Of a stretch of DNA of 64,000 nucleotides, positions 26,685 to 36,844 are shown in pieces; the stretch's first letter is position 1; every line of letters begins with the position of its first letter. The notes below the pieces were generated by a model that saw only the letters and a program-made list of their open reading frames with translations, had not been told where the DNA came from and did no database searches. The translations under genes and the position numbers were made by a program. Origin of the DNA: Myxococcota bacterium (GTDB lineage Bacteria > Myxococcota_A > UBA9160 > SZUA-336); contig CBDFGR010000003.1 of assembly GCA_965247115.1 (NCBI GenBank), positions 320,001 through 384,000 of the forward strand, read 5' to 3'.

Positions 26685-29105
26685 ATGCATACCGCCATTG
26701 CGGCAAGCGTGGCGATGCTGCTCCTGCTCAGCGGAGCTGCCCTGGCGCAGGAGGTTGCGAAACAGGAGCCCCCGGGGGCGCAGAGTACCGGGCTGGCGGC
26801 GAGGAGGGCTCCACAGGCGATCGAGGAGCTCGTCATCACCGCGCGGAAGCGCGAGGAGCCGGGCCAGAGCGTACCCATCTCGATTAGCGCGTTTACCGGC
26901 GACGAGCTCGATCAGGCCCAGATGCGCAACCTGCTCACCGTAGGGGAGCTGACGCCGAACCTGGAGATCCAACAGGTTTACCCCAACTCGAGACCGGTCA
27001 TCCGCATCCGTGGCGTCGGCACCTTTGACCAGTTCACCCCGGAAGTCGTGGGCTCGGTGGGCGTCTACAAGGACGGCGTGTACCTGTCGTTGGCGACGGG
27101 TCTGCTGTTCCAGACGTTCGATCTCGACCGGATGGAAGTCCTTCGCGGACCGCAGGGGACGCTATACGGCAAGAGTGCGACGGCCGGTGCGATCAACTTT
27201 CACTCGAAGATGCCTGGCGACGAGTTTGGCGGCTACTTCCAGGCCAGCTACGGGAACTGGAACACGTTTAACGTCGAGGGCGCCGTCAACGTCCCAATCA
27301 ACGAGAAAACTGCCGCGCGCGTGTCCTTTGCGCGGCGGAAGTCGGACGGCTGGATGGACAACCACGGACCAGGCCACGATTCCCTGTGGGACGACGACCA
27401 CTGGGGGGTACGGGGACTGCTCAGCTACCAGCCAAACGAGAACCTCAGCCTGCTCCTGAACGCGCACGGGGGGCGGCTGAAGACCGACTGGGCCTATGCT
27501 TCCAGAGGGCTCATGGATCCCGATGATGTTGATTCCAGGAGTTTCAACTTCATTGACCCTGACACTGGAGGGTTCAGGCCGGAGGGTCCGTTCAACTGTC
27601 CGACGAGCATTTTCCAGGGAGGCTGCGCGGATCTTACCGGTCACGTGGGAGGCGGTGAGAAGAGCCTGCGTGATGTCCAGACGCCCGAGCCCGTCATGGA
27701 ACAGATCGATCTATGGGGCACCTCGCTGACTGCTAACTACGACATGGACACTCGTTGGGGACCCGTTACCGTGACCTCGATCACGGCCTACGAATCCGCC
27801 CGAGCGAAGCTGTGGGAGGACACCGAGGCCGGCCCCTTTTGGCTCTTCAACTACAGAGCGGATGCGTTTAGCTACCAGTTCACGCAGGAGCTACGCGCGG
27901 CGTCATCCGGAGACGGTCCTCTGCAGTGGCTCGGAGGAGCGTGGTTCTTCCGCTCGAACATAAGACCCCGGGTGGACTCGTACTCTCCCCCGGACGGGAC
28001 GATCGGTGGGACTTTCGGGCTTTCGACGAAATCCCTGAGTGGGGACAAGTTCCTCACAGAGAACTACGCCTTCTTCGGGCAGCTGAGTTACGACGTGACC
28101 GAGCGACTCCGCCTCACCGCGGGGCTTCGCTACAGCTGGGAGCGGAAGCAAAGCCGGCAATACTCCTTCGTCTACACGGAGTACGGCCCCACACCGGACG
28201 AGGGTATCTCCTCGGGACACCCTTGCGGCCCCGCTCCGGAGCAGCAGGATGCGTTGGCGTGCGGACCGGGCAGGAATGAATCCGACAGCTGGGACGCCCT
28301 GAGCGGACAGTTCGTGCTCGACTACCAGCTTGCAGATGACATCATGCTGTACGCGAGCTACAGGCGGGGCTTCCGGAGTGGCGCATTCGGCGTTCCGTTG
28401 AGTAATGACGCCAGGATGGTCCGGATTGCCGCCGGCAAGAGCCTGGACACCGCGGTCGACGAGGAGATCCTGAAATCCTATGAGGCGGGGATCAAGTCGA
28501 TGTGGCTCGACCGGCGCCTTCGCTTCAACTTCAGCACCTTCCTCTACGACTACGATGATCTGCAGGTCGTAACGACCGTTCTCATAGGAAGACGGATCCG
28601 GACAATCCTGGAAAACGCATCTGACGCGAAGATCTGGGGAGGCGAGATCGACATGATGGCCCGGCCCCTTCCCGGGCTGGAGATCCGGGCGGCGGGAGCG
28701 TGGCTGAGCACGGAGTACAAGGACTTCGTATCGGTCACGCAGGCGGCAGACTTCTCGGGCAAGGAGATGATGTCTGCCCCCAATTACTCAGGAAGCGGGA
28801 CGATCTCCTATGAACGCAATCTCTGGGACGGCGTGCTGCGAGGGCAACTGGCCGCGAGCTATTCCGACGAGGTCTTCTACGCCGCGACCAACAGCAAGCG
28901 GAGTAGGCAGGGGCCTGTCTGGCTAGTGAACGGCAACCTCTCCTATCTGCTTCCCGACGAGCGAACGGAGATCAGCGTCTGGGTGAGGAACTGGGGGGAC
29001 AAGGAATACATCGCGAACTTTTTCGACATCTCCGGGTTCGGTTTCGATCAGGTCTTGTCCTCGAGGCCCCGCCACTACGGAGTTACCGTGAGGTACTCCT
29101 TCTGA
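26685..29105 (+). CDS. TonB-dependent receptor
   Basis: Signal peptide, IEELVITARKREE, IRIRGVG, MEVLRGPQGTLYG, C-terminal PRHYGVTVRYSF. Confidence 0.95.
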   Translation: MHTAIAASVAMLLLLSGAALAQEVAKQEPPGAQSTGLAARRAPQAIEELVITARKREEPGQSVPISISAFTGDELDQAQMRNLLTVGELTPNLEIQQVYPNSRPVIRIRGVGTFDQFTPEVVGSVGVYKDGVYLSLATGLLFQTFDLDRMEVLRGPQGTLYGKSATAGAINFHSKMPGDEFGGYFQASYGNWNTFNVEGAVNVPINEKTAARVSFARRKSDGWMDNHGPGHDSLWDDDHWGVRGLLSYQPNENLSLLLNAHGGRLKTDWAYASRGLMDPDDVDSRSFNFIDPDTGGFRPEGPFNCPTSIFQGGCADLTGHVGGGEKSLRDVQTPEPVMEQIDLWGTSLTANYDMDTRWGPVTVTSITAYESARAKLWEDTEAGPFWLFNYRADAFSYQFTQELRAASSGDGPLQWLGGAWFFRSNIRPRVDSYSPPDGTIGGTFGLSTKSLSGDKFLTENYAFFGQLSYDVTERLRLTAGLRYSWERKQSRQYSFVYTEYGPTPDEGISSGHPCGPAPEQQDALACGPGRNESDSWDALSGQFVLDYQLADDIMLYASYRRGFRSGAFGVPLSNDARMVRIAAGKSLDTAVDEEILKSYEAGIKSMWLDRRLRFNFSTFLYDYDDLQVVTTVLIGRRIRTILENASDAKIWGGEIDMMARPLPGLEIRAAGAWLSTEYKDFVSVTQAADFSGKEMMSAPNYSGSGTISYERNLWDGVLRGQLAASYSDEVFYAATNSKRSRQGPVWLVNGNLSYLLPDERTEISVWVRNWGDKEYIANFFDISGFGFDQVLSSRPRHYGVTVRYSF

Positions 29106-29126
29106 AAGCGGACATGCGCGACCGAG

Positions 29127-31541
29127 ATGACTAGAGATTCCAGGGACGCCCTGGGCCACGTCTTTGTGTTCGAGGACTTCGAGCTGTGGGCTGGGAGCTG
29201 CGAGCTGCATCGATCGGGTCGTCCCACGGATCTCCAGCTCATGCCCACAAGGCTGCTTCTCTACCTGGTAGAAAACCGCGAGCGGGTGGTGCCGAAGACG
29301 GAGCTCCTCGACGAAATCTGGCCGGACACCCAAGTGAGCGAGTCCGCTTTTACCACGGCGATAGGCAGGATTCGTCACCAGCTCGGAGACGACGGAGCTA
29401 CGCAGCGCCTTATCCAGGCTCGCCGAGGCCGCGGATATCAGTTCATCGCGGAGGTCGAAGAGCGCTGGGGGCCGAAGGCTAGAGGGGCGCAGCCCCCTGC
29501 AGTCTTGGATCGAGATCCAACTCTTCAAGGACACTCTCCCATTCGCTCGAGTCGGTTCGGTCTCCGGACCGCCCAGGGAGGGGCCTTCGTCGCCCTGCTG
29601 GCCGTCCTCGCGCTCGTCTGGTGGGCTGAGAGAGCGCCCAATGGATCGGTCAGGGCCCTCGCCTTCGAGGAACGGGACTGGGTGCTCGTCGCCGCCTTCG
29701 ACAATCGTGCCGACCAGGCGCTCTTTGATGGCACACTCGAGGCCGCCCTGACACGAGAGCTCAGCAACTCGCGCTTTGTCAATGTGGTACCTCGCGAGCG
29801 CATCCAGGACGCCCTGCGGCTCATGAAAAGACCCTTGGACACGCGCGTGGACGGCGAGGTGGGCCGTGAGATCTGCCTGCGCGACGGGGGAATCCGCGCA
29901 CTTTTGACGGGCCGCGTCGACAAGCTCGGCTCGGCGTATCTGTTGAGCGTCGAGCTCGTCGACCCAACAGAGGGGGTTACCGTAGCGAGTCTGAGCGAGA
30001 CCGCGGAGGGGGAGGAGAACGTGCTGTCGGCGCTCCAGCGGCTTGCCACGAGCGCCCGGGAAATTCTCGGCGAAGAGATCCCGCAGCTCCGCGCGAGCGG
30101 CGAGGAGTTCGAAACGGTCAGCACGACCTCGTTGCGAGCTCTTCAGCTCTTCACGCAAGCCGATGCCGCGATCCCGAGCGGCAAGAGCGACGTCGCAGAG
30201 GTGCTCCTGAAGCAGGCGATCATCGAGGATCCCGAGTTCGCCTCCGCGTACAACCACCTCGCGCACTCGCTCAGAAATCAAGGCCGACCGCAGGAGGAGT
30301 TCATTCCCTACGCCCAAAGGGCTCTGGAGCTGTCCGAGCAACTCCCCGAGCGCGAGCGCTACTTCATCGAGGGAAGCTACTTCTCTTTCCTGGGGGAACA
30401 CGACCAGGAGATACTGACCTACGAAGCGCTTCTTCAGCTCCATCCCGATCACTACTGGGCAAGCAACAATATGGCCTGGATGCTGCAACGTGTGGGCCGA
30501 TTCGAGGAAGCCATTCCGTTTTTTGTGCGACTGGCCGACCTACGGCCCCACGACTTCGCGGCAAACATGGCTGCCGGATGGCAGGTCGCATTGTTAGGAC
30601 ACCCGTCTCAGGCCGCCCTCCTGCTTGCAAAAGCAGTGGAACAACTTCCTCCACTGTCCGACCCGCCACCCTCGGGGCTCGCAGATGCGGCTGCGATGGC
30701 CCTCCTCTACCCGACCCAGGACCTCTGGCTCCGGGGAGATCTGGACCGCCTGGTAGAGGAGCTGGACCACTGGGAGAAGACGCTCCCCTCGATGCACCCG
30801 GCCCTGCGCAAGGACATGGCCTTCCATCTGTTCCTCGGCTATTGGAGCATCGGGCAGACCAGAACGGATCTCGGTGTCCTCAGTGCGTCCGCTGAGTGGG
30901 ATCGACTGTTGCGTGCGGTGGCTGTCGCCAGCGCACAAGACGATTGGACGCTGCTGCGCGAGACTCTCCAAGAGGACTCCGCAATCGAGCGCTGGTGTCC
31001 GAACGAACTGGAGTGCATCCCACTTTCCCATAGACTCGTTCAGATGCTCGCTCAAGTCGGACTCTTGACCGAGGCGCGAGAAGCACTCGCAGCGTTCGAG
31101 GCCGACGAGGTCTGGGCCTGGTATAGCGACACCACCCTCCCGGTCCTGCGCGGTGAGCTCGCCCTGGCCGAGGGAGATACGGACGCCGCCATCGCGTTGC
31201 TGGAAACGGGGCTTTCGGCCGAGCAATCTCACGTGAGCTGGATCCATCTCCCCGGATCGGTATCTCTGTCGCGTGCCTTGCTGGAGAAAGGAGAACGGAC
31301 TCGGGCCCTTCTCGTCCTGCAAGGGACGTCTGAACTCAAGTCTCGGAGCTACCACAACAGGTGGCAATGGATGAACGCTCAGCTCGTTCTTGCAGAGCGC
31401 TACCGTGAGCTGGGGTACGAGACCGAAGCCAGAGAAATCGAAGAGGAGCTACTCGGTCTGCTGGCCTACGCGGACCCGGACTTCCCCCTCCTTCTCCGAC
31501 TTCAAGATGTCAGGAACTCAACCACCCTGAACAGTGGTTGA
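29127..31541 (+). CDS. CadC/ToxR-like transmembrane regulator: OmpR-type wHTH, TM, TolB/CsgG-like domain, TPRs
   Basis: RVVPKTELLDEIWP...IQARRGRGYQF, TM AFVALLAVLALVWW, VLVAAFDN, TPR-like helices (DPEFASAYNHLA, ASNNMAW). Confidence 0.85.
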   Translation: MTRDSRDALGHVFVFEDFELWAGSCELHRSGRPTDLQLMPTRLLLYLVENRERVVPKTELLDEIWPDTQVSESAFTTAIGRIRHQLGDDGATQRLIQARRGRGYQFIAEVEERWGPKARGAQPPAVLDRDPTLQGHSPIRSSRFGLRTAQGGAFVALLAVLALVWWAERAPNGSVRALAFEERDWVLVAAFDNRADQALFDGTLEAALTRELSNSRFVNVVPRERIQDALRLMKRPLDTRVDGEVGREICLRDGGIRALLTGRVDKLGSAYLLSVELVDPTEGVTVASLSETAEGEENVLSALQRLATSAREILGEEIPQLRASGEEFETVSTTSLRALQLFTQADAAIPSGKSDVAEVLLKQAIIEDPEFASAYNHLAHSLRNQGRPQEEFIPYAQRALELSEQLPERERYFIEGSYFSFLGEHDQEILTYEALLQLHPDHYWASNNMAWMLQRVGRFEEAIPFFVRLADLRPHDFAANMAAGWQVALLGHPSQAALLLAKAVEQLPPLSDPPPSGLADAAAMALLYPTQDLWLRGDLDRLVEELDHWEKTLPSMHPALRKDMAFHLFLGYWSIGQTRTDLGVLSASAEWDRLLRAVAVASAQDDWTLLRETLQEDSAIERWCPNELECIPLSHRLVQMLAQVGLLTEAREALAAFEADEVWAWYSDTTLPVLRGELALAEGDTDAAIALLETGLSAEQSHVSWIHLPGSVSLSRALLEKGERTRALLVLQGTSELKSRSYHNRWQWMNAQLVLAERYRELGYETEAREIEEELLGLLAYADPDFPLLLRLQDVRNSTTLNSG

Positions 31542-31673
31542 GCCTGCCCCAGGACGATCGCGTCAATGCCGAGAGGCCCTTGAGTATCGTGATCCGAATC
31601 TTGACGGGGTTTCCGCCGAGATACTTTGTTCGGCTCGACCCCCGCTAGGGACGTCGGAGCGGGGGGCGTCCGC

Positions 31674-33242
31674 TCATACGCCGCTCTCTCCCGCAGCCCG
31701 AGCGCGATCGCGGAGGGTGTGCTCGTCCTCCTCGATAAAACGCGCAGCGAGGGTGATCAGCGCCGCCGCGCCGAAGTTGGCGAGCAGCGCCACCACCAAG
31801 CCGTTGCGGAGGTCTCCCGTCGAATCCGAGATGAGCCCGACGGTGAAAGGCCCGAGCGCCAGGCCGAGCAGGGTCACGCCGAGGATGTAGACCGCCGTGG
31901 CGCTCCCGCGCATGCGCGGCAGCACCAGATCCTGGATCGTCGACCCGCCGATCCCGAGCCACGCGGCGCCGGTCAGGGCCACCAGCGCGTTCAAGGAGAA
32001 GGCCAGGGTCGTGGATGGGGTGTACAGCATCCAGAGTCCCGCTGGGATCGGGATGAGTGCTGCGCCGATCGCAACGTAGAGGCGGCCGCGCGGGTTGCGG
32101 GTGCGCCAAGAATCCCCGAGCAACCCACCCAGGGTGACTCCCAGAAAACCGAACGCTGCGGTGATGCCCCCCAGTGTCACGCCGAGCTGACCGATGGGGA
32201 CTTCGTGGTAGCGAATGAAAAACGGCGCGCTGAAGTAGGCCAGCCCGTAGGTGGAAAAGCTGATCAGGGAGAGGCCCAGCACGGTGAGAACCCACGAGCG
32301 GGTTTTCAGGATGAGTGTCGCGGTAGGGGGATCGCGCAACGCCAACCCTTGCGCCCAGGAGAAGGTCGCGTAGAAGCCAAGCGCCAGCGCGATCCACTGA
32401 GCGAGGTTGCCGAGGGCCACCGCAAGCGCTGCGGTGGCAACCGCGAACCCCGCAACCGCAAGTAGGTTGATCGCGATCTGTCGGCGACCGGCACCGCGCC
32501 GGTAGAGGCTGACGATCGTGAGACCGGGTAGAACTGCGCAAAGCTCGTTTGCGAACTCCCGGAAGGGGTGTGGCTCGGGCACGGATGTGATGCCGTCCAT
32601 CGCGCCGCGCTCCGGTTCACGCAAGGTCCGTACCCAGATTGCAATGAGAAGACCCGGAAGCCCGACGACAAAAAAGGCGACTTGCCAGCCGACCAGACCA
32701 AAGGGCGCGCTGCCGTCGGCGAACGCATCGTTCCAGCGCTGCACCACCTGGCCGCCGATCAACATCCCGACTCCCGCGCCGACGTAGACTCCACTCGTGA
32801 GGATTGCGACGACCGTCGCGCGGCGCGCCGGAGAGAAGGAATCCGAAAGCAGCGAGTACGCTGCGGGCCCCGTGCCCGCCTCCCCGACCCCAACGGCAAT
32901 CCGCGCGGTCCCGAGCTCGAGGAAGTTGCGCGCAAAGCCGGAGAGCGCGGTGGCCGTGCTCCAGAACGCCACCGCGAACGAGATCAGTGTGCGACGCATC
33001 CAGACGTCGGCGAGCCGACCCAGCGGAAGGCCAAAGAGCGCGTAGAACACCGCGAAGGCGGTTCCGTAGAGAAAGCCCATCTGAGCGTCGCTCAGGCCGA
33101 GGTCCCGTTTGATCTCTTCATTGAGGATCGAGAGGATCTGCCGGTCTACAAAATTCAAGACGTAGACCACCACGAGAAGGCTCAGCGTGTAGCACGAATA
33201 ACGAAACTCGGCGGGCGTCTGCGCAGTTTTCTCCGGCGGCAT
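31674..33242 (-). CDS. MFS transporter (spinster-like)
   Basis: LNFVDRQIL, LSDAQMGFL, GRLADVWMRR, ARIAVGVGEA. Confidence 0.92.
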   Translation of the reverse strand: MPPEKTAQTPAEFRYSCYTLSLLVVVYVLNFVDRQILSILNEEIKRDLGLSDAQMGFLYGTAFAVFYALFGLPLGRLADVWMRRTLISFAVAFWSTATALSGFARNFLELGTARIAVGVGEAGTGPAAYSLLSDSFSPARRATVVAILTSGVYVGAGVGMLIGGQVVQRWNDAFADGSAPFGLVGWQVAFFVVGLPGLLIAIWVRTLREPERGAMDGITSVPEPHPFREFANELCAVLPGLTIVSLYRRGAGRRQIAINLLAVAGFAVATAALAVALGNLAQWIALALGFYATFSWAQGLALRDPPTATLILKTRSWVLTVLGLSLISFSTYGLAYFSAPFFIRYHEVPIGQLGVTLGGITAAFGFLGVTLGGLLGDSWRTRNPRGRLYVAIGAALIPIPAGLWMLYTPSTTLAFSLNALVALTGAAWLGIGGSTIQDLVLPRMRGSATAVYILGVTLLGLALGPFTVGLISDSTGDLRNGLVVALLANFGAAALITLAARFIEEDEHTLRDRARAAGESGV

Positions 33243-33306
33243 GCCGGCGCAGTATACCGACAGGCCGCCAATCACCCTTCAGAGTTGCGTAACCTCCCGA
33301 ATTCCT

Positions 33307-33356
33307 TGGCCGGGGCGGCCGGACTTGAACCGGCGACCTCCTGCTCCCAAAGCAGG
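33307..33356 (-). other. 3' fragment of tRNA-Pro(UGG), probable att site
   Basis: Minus strand CCTGC-TTTGGGA-GCAGG, AGGTC, GCCGG-TTCAAGT-CCGGC, CGCCCCG-GCCA; no D-arm or 5' acceptor strand upstream. Confidence 0.85.
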
Positions 33357-33453
33357 CTGGGCGTCTTTTGGCACGTTTGGCTGCGTTGGCCCGCGTGCTG
33401 TAACGCACTGCTACGTTTGAGAATTCCGACGCTGCGAGGCTTGCTCCGTGCGA

Positions 33454-33501
33454 CTCCGATTGGCTCCGATTGGCCTGGTTCGCACCCAGATTCGCACCCA
33501 G
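33454..33501. repeat. Short direct repeats next to the tRNA-Pro fragment
   Basis: CTCCGATTGG x2 (33454-73) and TTCGCACCCAG x2 (33479-89, 33491-501). Confidence 0.7.
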
Positions 33502-33627
33502 GATGCGCGCCTACTCCTCGAACCGAGTCGCTGCCGCTCGTCCAGCTGTCCACGGACCCCCCTACCTGCTCTTCGATTGAGCCTGCGGTTTGGATGCTGA
33601 TTCGCCCCGTCCACACGCGGACTTTCA

Positions 33628-33669
33628 TCGAGGCGGCCGGACTCGAACCGGCGACAACCACGTTGGCAA
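33628..33669 (-). other. Second tRNA 3' fragment with a Gly(GCC)-like anticodon loop
   Basis: Minus strand TTGCCAA-CGTGG-TTGTC-GCCGG-TTCGAGT-CCGGC-CGCCTCGA; 5' strand of the anticodon stem absent, no CCA. Confidence 0.65.
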
Positions 33670-33744
33670 GCCCTTCGAAGGAGACGGAGGAGCCGCAACC
33701 TATTGATCTAGCGTCGGCAGATTGCGGCAGCCAACGGCAAATCG

Positions 33745-33783
33745 CGGCACCTGGGGACGGCACCACGGTACCCAGACGGCACC
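33745..33783. repeat. ACGGYACC repeats next to the second tRNA fragment
   Basis: ACGGCACC (33757), ACGGTACC (33765), ACGGCACC (33776), partial CGGCACC (33745). Confidence 0.6.
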
Positions 33784-33829
33784 GGTCCACCCAGGTGAAC
33801 TTCGTCTCGGATCATGGAATGATGAGACC

Positions 33830-34117
33830 GTGGGACCCCTCGATTTATTCACGTTCATCGTTCTCGCGGTGCTTCTCGGGGTCGGGCTCTTCGCGGCCTT
33901 TCGACTGGGTGCGCTTCCCGGGCAGATCGCCACCTCGCGCGGCCATCCTCAGGCGGACGCGATCCGCGTGGCGGGCTGGGTCGGACTGGTCACGCTGGGT
34001 TTGCTCTGGCCTCTCGCTCTGATCTGGGCGTACACGAGCAGTGGTGGGGGGCGCGAACTCGATCGGCTCCGAGAGCGCGTGGAGGCGTTGGAAGAGCGCG
34101 AGCAGGCAGAGCAATGA
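33830..34117 (+). CDS. DUF3302 (YibI/YiaW-like) inner-membrane protein
   Basis: LPGQIATSRGHPQADAIRVAGWVGL...LWPLALIWAY, C-terminal coiled coil. Confidence 0.88.
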   Translation: MGPLDLFTFIVLAVLLGVGLFAAFRLGALPGQIATSRGHPQADAIRVAGWVGLVTLGLLWPLALIWAYTSSGGGRELDRLRERVEALEEREQAEQ

Positions 34118-35052
34118 TCGCGTTCCTAACGCTGATCTACTGCGGTCTGCTCTGGCTGATCTTCTTCAAGCTGAAGCTCCTGCCCTGGAACCGGACCTCG
34201 CAGGGAACTGCCGTCGGAGTCGGGCTCGGAGGGATCCTCGCCTTACTGATCGCTCTCAGTCTCTACCAGCCCTACTCGACGGAGGTCACTGTCTATCACC
34301 GCATAGTGCAAATCGTGCCTCGCGTGACGGGCCGAGTTCTCGACGTGCCAATCAGGCCGAACGTCTCGATCGAGCAGGGCGAGGTCCTGTTTCGGGTCGA
34401 TCCGCGCCCCTATGAGTACAACGTCCGCGATTTCGAGGCTCAGCTCGAGGTCGCGGAGCGGCGGCTCCATGACATTCGGATCCTGGTGGAGAAAGAGGTC
34501 GAGCCGGAGATTGCGCTTGTGCGTGCAGAATCGGAGAGAGATGCACTGGGTGCGCGCCTCGATTCGGCTCGACTCGACCTGGCCGAGGCAACCGTCTTTG
34601 CGCCCTCGGACGGGGTCGTAACGAACCTCGCGCTCGCTCCCGGAGACGTGGCCGGGGCAATGACAACGAACCCGGTCATGACCTTCATCTACGACGACCC
34701 GGTAATCCTCGCAAGCTTCCCCCAGCAGGTCATGCGCCACATCCAGCCGGGTGACGCGGCGGAGATCGCGATCGACCGTCACCCCGGAGCCATTCTCCAG
34801 GCTCACGTTCACAGCATCATCCCAGCCACAGGGGAGGGACAACTCCAGCCGAGTGGCACGCTGCTCACTTTCGACGCCGAACCGCGCGCCCGGTTCGGCG
34901 TGAGGCTGGAACTCGACAAGGAGTCGGAAGACGTCCCGCTCCCAGCGGGCGCGGGCGGGAACGCTGCGATCTACACGGACAAGGGCAAGGCGATCCGGAT
35001 CGTCCGGAAGGTGATCATCCGGGTCTACACCTGGCTCAACTACCTGGGCTGA
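34114..35052 (+). CDS. HlyD-family membrane-fusion protein (YibH/YiaV-like)
   Basis: QIVPRVTGRV, GEVLFRVDPRPY, VFAPSDGVVTN, AAIYT, IRKVIIR; ATGA overlap with the DUF3302 gene. Confidence 0.9.
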   Translation: MIAFLTLIYCGLLWLIFFKLKLLPWNRTSQGTAVGVGLGGILALLIALSLYQPYSTEVTVYHRIVQIVPRVTGRVLDVPIRPNVSIEQGEVLFRVDPRPYEYNVRDFEAQLEVAERRLHDIRILVEKEVEPEIALVRAESERDALGARLDSARLDLAEATVFAPSDGVVTNLALAPGDVAGAMTTNPVMTFIYDDPVILASFPQQVMRHIQPGDAAEIAIDRHPGAILQAHVHSIIPATGEGQLQPSGTLLTFDAEPRARFGVRLELDKESEDVPLPAGAGGNAAIYTDKGKAIRIVRKVIIRVYTWLNYLG

Positions 35053-35056
35053 ACGC

Positions 35057-35380
35057 CTATCTCAGCGCGCAGCTCAGAAAGTACTTGTCGAAGACTTCGT
35101 TGAGCGCTCCCATTCCTTTGCTGATGCCCTCGGCACAGGTCCCGTCGAACTCCGCGACGATCCGAGAGACATAGGGCAGTACACAGAGCCTGATTGTCGT
35201 CAGGTTCGCGTGGGGGTACTTCTTGGCCTCGTTGCTCGCGAGCCGTTCGTCGATCAGGTTCTCGACGACGATGGGCTTCTCCTCCGTCGTGAATCGGAGC
35301 CACTCCTGGCACTCGATCGCCGCAGCCGGCCACGCCAAGAGAAGGAGCAAACTGGTCGCCAGAACTGTCCTGCGCATCAC
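35057..35380 (-). CDS. Small hypothetical secreted protein
   Basis: Signal peptide (..WPAAA), four Cys. Confidence 0.6.
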   Translation of the reverse strand: MMRRTVLATSLLLLLAWPAAAIECQEWLRFTTEEKPIVVENLIDERLASNEAKKYPHANLTTIRLCVLPYVSRIVAEFDGTCAEGISKGMGALNEVFDKYFLSCALR

Positions 35381-35569
35381 CCACGGATGATACCCAACCG
35401 CGAGTCAAATCCGGCTAGGCCTTCCCTACATCTCCCATTTTCTGCTCATGCACCGCGCGATCAATGGCCACTCTCACGCTATCGACGTACTGCGTTCCCA
35501 CAGGAAATTTCGTTCACAATTGTGCACCAGAGGGTGGTATTCTTGTCACCCGAGAATCTGGAGGTTTCA

Positions 35570-36844
35570 TTGATCGCACGTCGAAGACTGAGGGCCGTTC
35601 TCGCAGTGACCTTTGTAGCGGGGCTCACCGTTGGCGTGTACGTCTCGACGGTTGACGTGTCATTCCTGATCCCTCGGGCGCACGCCGCCGAATCTGGGCA
35701 AGGTGAGCCGATGATCTCTCCGGTCAAAATGCGAGATAGGGACTTCTACGCGCCCAACAGCGAGGACCTCGCTCCCGATGAGATACGGGTCATCGCTTGT
35801 GGCACGGGAATGCCCACACCACGCCCTGCACAGGCGGCTGCATGCTTTCTCATGGAGCTTGGTAACGGCGAGAAGTTCATCTTCGATATTGGAGACGGGG
35901 CCGCGGAGCGGCTGATGGCCCTCCAGATTCCAACCGCCTTTCTGGATAAGGTCTTCATCGGGCATCTGCATGCAGACCATTTTGGAGACATCGGGTCCAT
36001 GTTCGTATCAATGGGGCTCGCCGGACGATTCAGTCCGCTGAGAATCTGGGGACCCAGCGGTGCGAAGCCGGAACTCGGCACGAAGGCGGCGATCGAGGCG
36101 ATGGAGAAGATGTATGCGTGGGACCTCGCTGGCCGTTTGGGCCAGACGGACGTTCGAGGATTCACGACGGAGGTCCATGAGTTCGACTACCGCAAGGAGC
36201 AGGTTGTCTATCAAGAAAACGGCGTGACGATTCGCTCGTGGCCTGCCATTCACGCGGTTGATGGAGCGGTCAGCTTTTCACTTGAGTGGAACGGCTTGAA
36301 GATCGTCTTCGGGAGCGACACGTTTCCCAACAGATGGTTCGTGAAGAACGCGAAGGGCGCGGATCTCGTGATTCACGAGTGCTTCATCACAGTTCCCGAT
36401 CTGGTAGCCAAGTATCGGCTCACCCCTGAGGCTGCTCTACAGGTCGGAACGCAGATCCATACCGCACCGGAGGCTTTCGGGAAGGTCATGAGCATGGTCG
36501 AGCCGCGTCATGCTGTTGCTTACCACTTCTTCAAGGACACGGATACGACCGGCCCTGTGCTGGAGAGAATACGGACAACGTATGACGGGCCGCTCAGCCT
36601 TGCGGAGGACTTCATGGTCTGGAATGTGACCAAGGAGGGAGTCCGCGAGCGCATGGCGGTGGTCGATGAGCATACGTGGAATCCTCCCCTCGCCTGCCCG
36701 GCCAAGGCGGTCTCTGCGGCCGACCGAGTTGGCTACTCACCGGAGATCGAAGCGGGTCGTCTCGATATGAGCGCTGTGCTCAAGCCCATCTATCAAGAGG
36801 CGAGCGACGCAGTCGGTAGGAAGTTCGAGTATCCGGCTAAGTAG
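35570..36844 (+). CDS. Exported MBL-fold metallo-hydrolase (RNase Z/arylsulfatase-like, GntH-like family)
   Basis: GTGMP, FDIGDG, HLHADH, AIHAVDG, GSDT, IHECF, IHT, AYHFF; GGAGG RBS before TTG 35570. Confidence 0.85.
   Translation: MIARRRLRAVLAVTFVAGLTVGVYVSTVDVSFLIPRAHAAESGQGEPMISPVKMRDRDFYAPNSEDLAPDEIRVIACGTGMPTPRPAQAAACFLMELGNGEKFIFDIGDGAAERLMALQIPTAFLDKVFIGHLHADHFGDIGSMFVSMGLAGRFSPLRIWGPSGAKPELGTKAAIEAMEKMYAWDLAGRLGQTDVRGFTTEVHEFDYRKEQVVYQENGVTIRSWPAIHAVDGAVSFSLEWNGLKIVFGSDTFPNRWFVKNAKGADLVIHECFITVPDLVAKYRLTPEAALQVGTQIHTAPEAFGKVMSMVEPRHAVAYHFFKDTDTTGPVLERIRTTYDGPLSLAEDFMVWNVTKEGVRERMAVVDEHTWNPPLACPAKAVSAADRVGYSPEIEAGRLDMSAVLKPIYQEASDAVGRKFEYPAK

Noticed and set aside
31600..31670. Promoter or terminator between the regulator and MFS genes
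   Set aside because: TTGACG has no well-spaced -10 and the CCCCCGCT/AGCGGGGG stem has no U-tract; too weak to call.
33307..33380. Intact tRNA-Pro gene
   Set aside because: Only anticodon arm, T-arm and 3' acceptor strand are present; upstream sequence forms no D-arm or 5' acceptor strand.
35570..36844. Guanitoxin biosynthetic cluster
   Set aside because: Only a GntH-like MBL hydrolase; no other recognisable pathway genes nearby.
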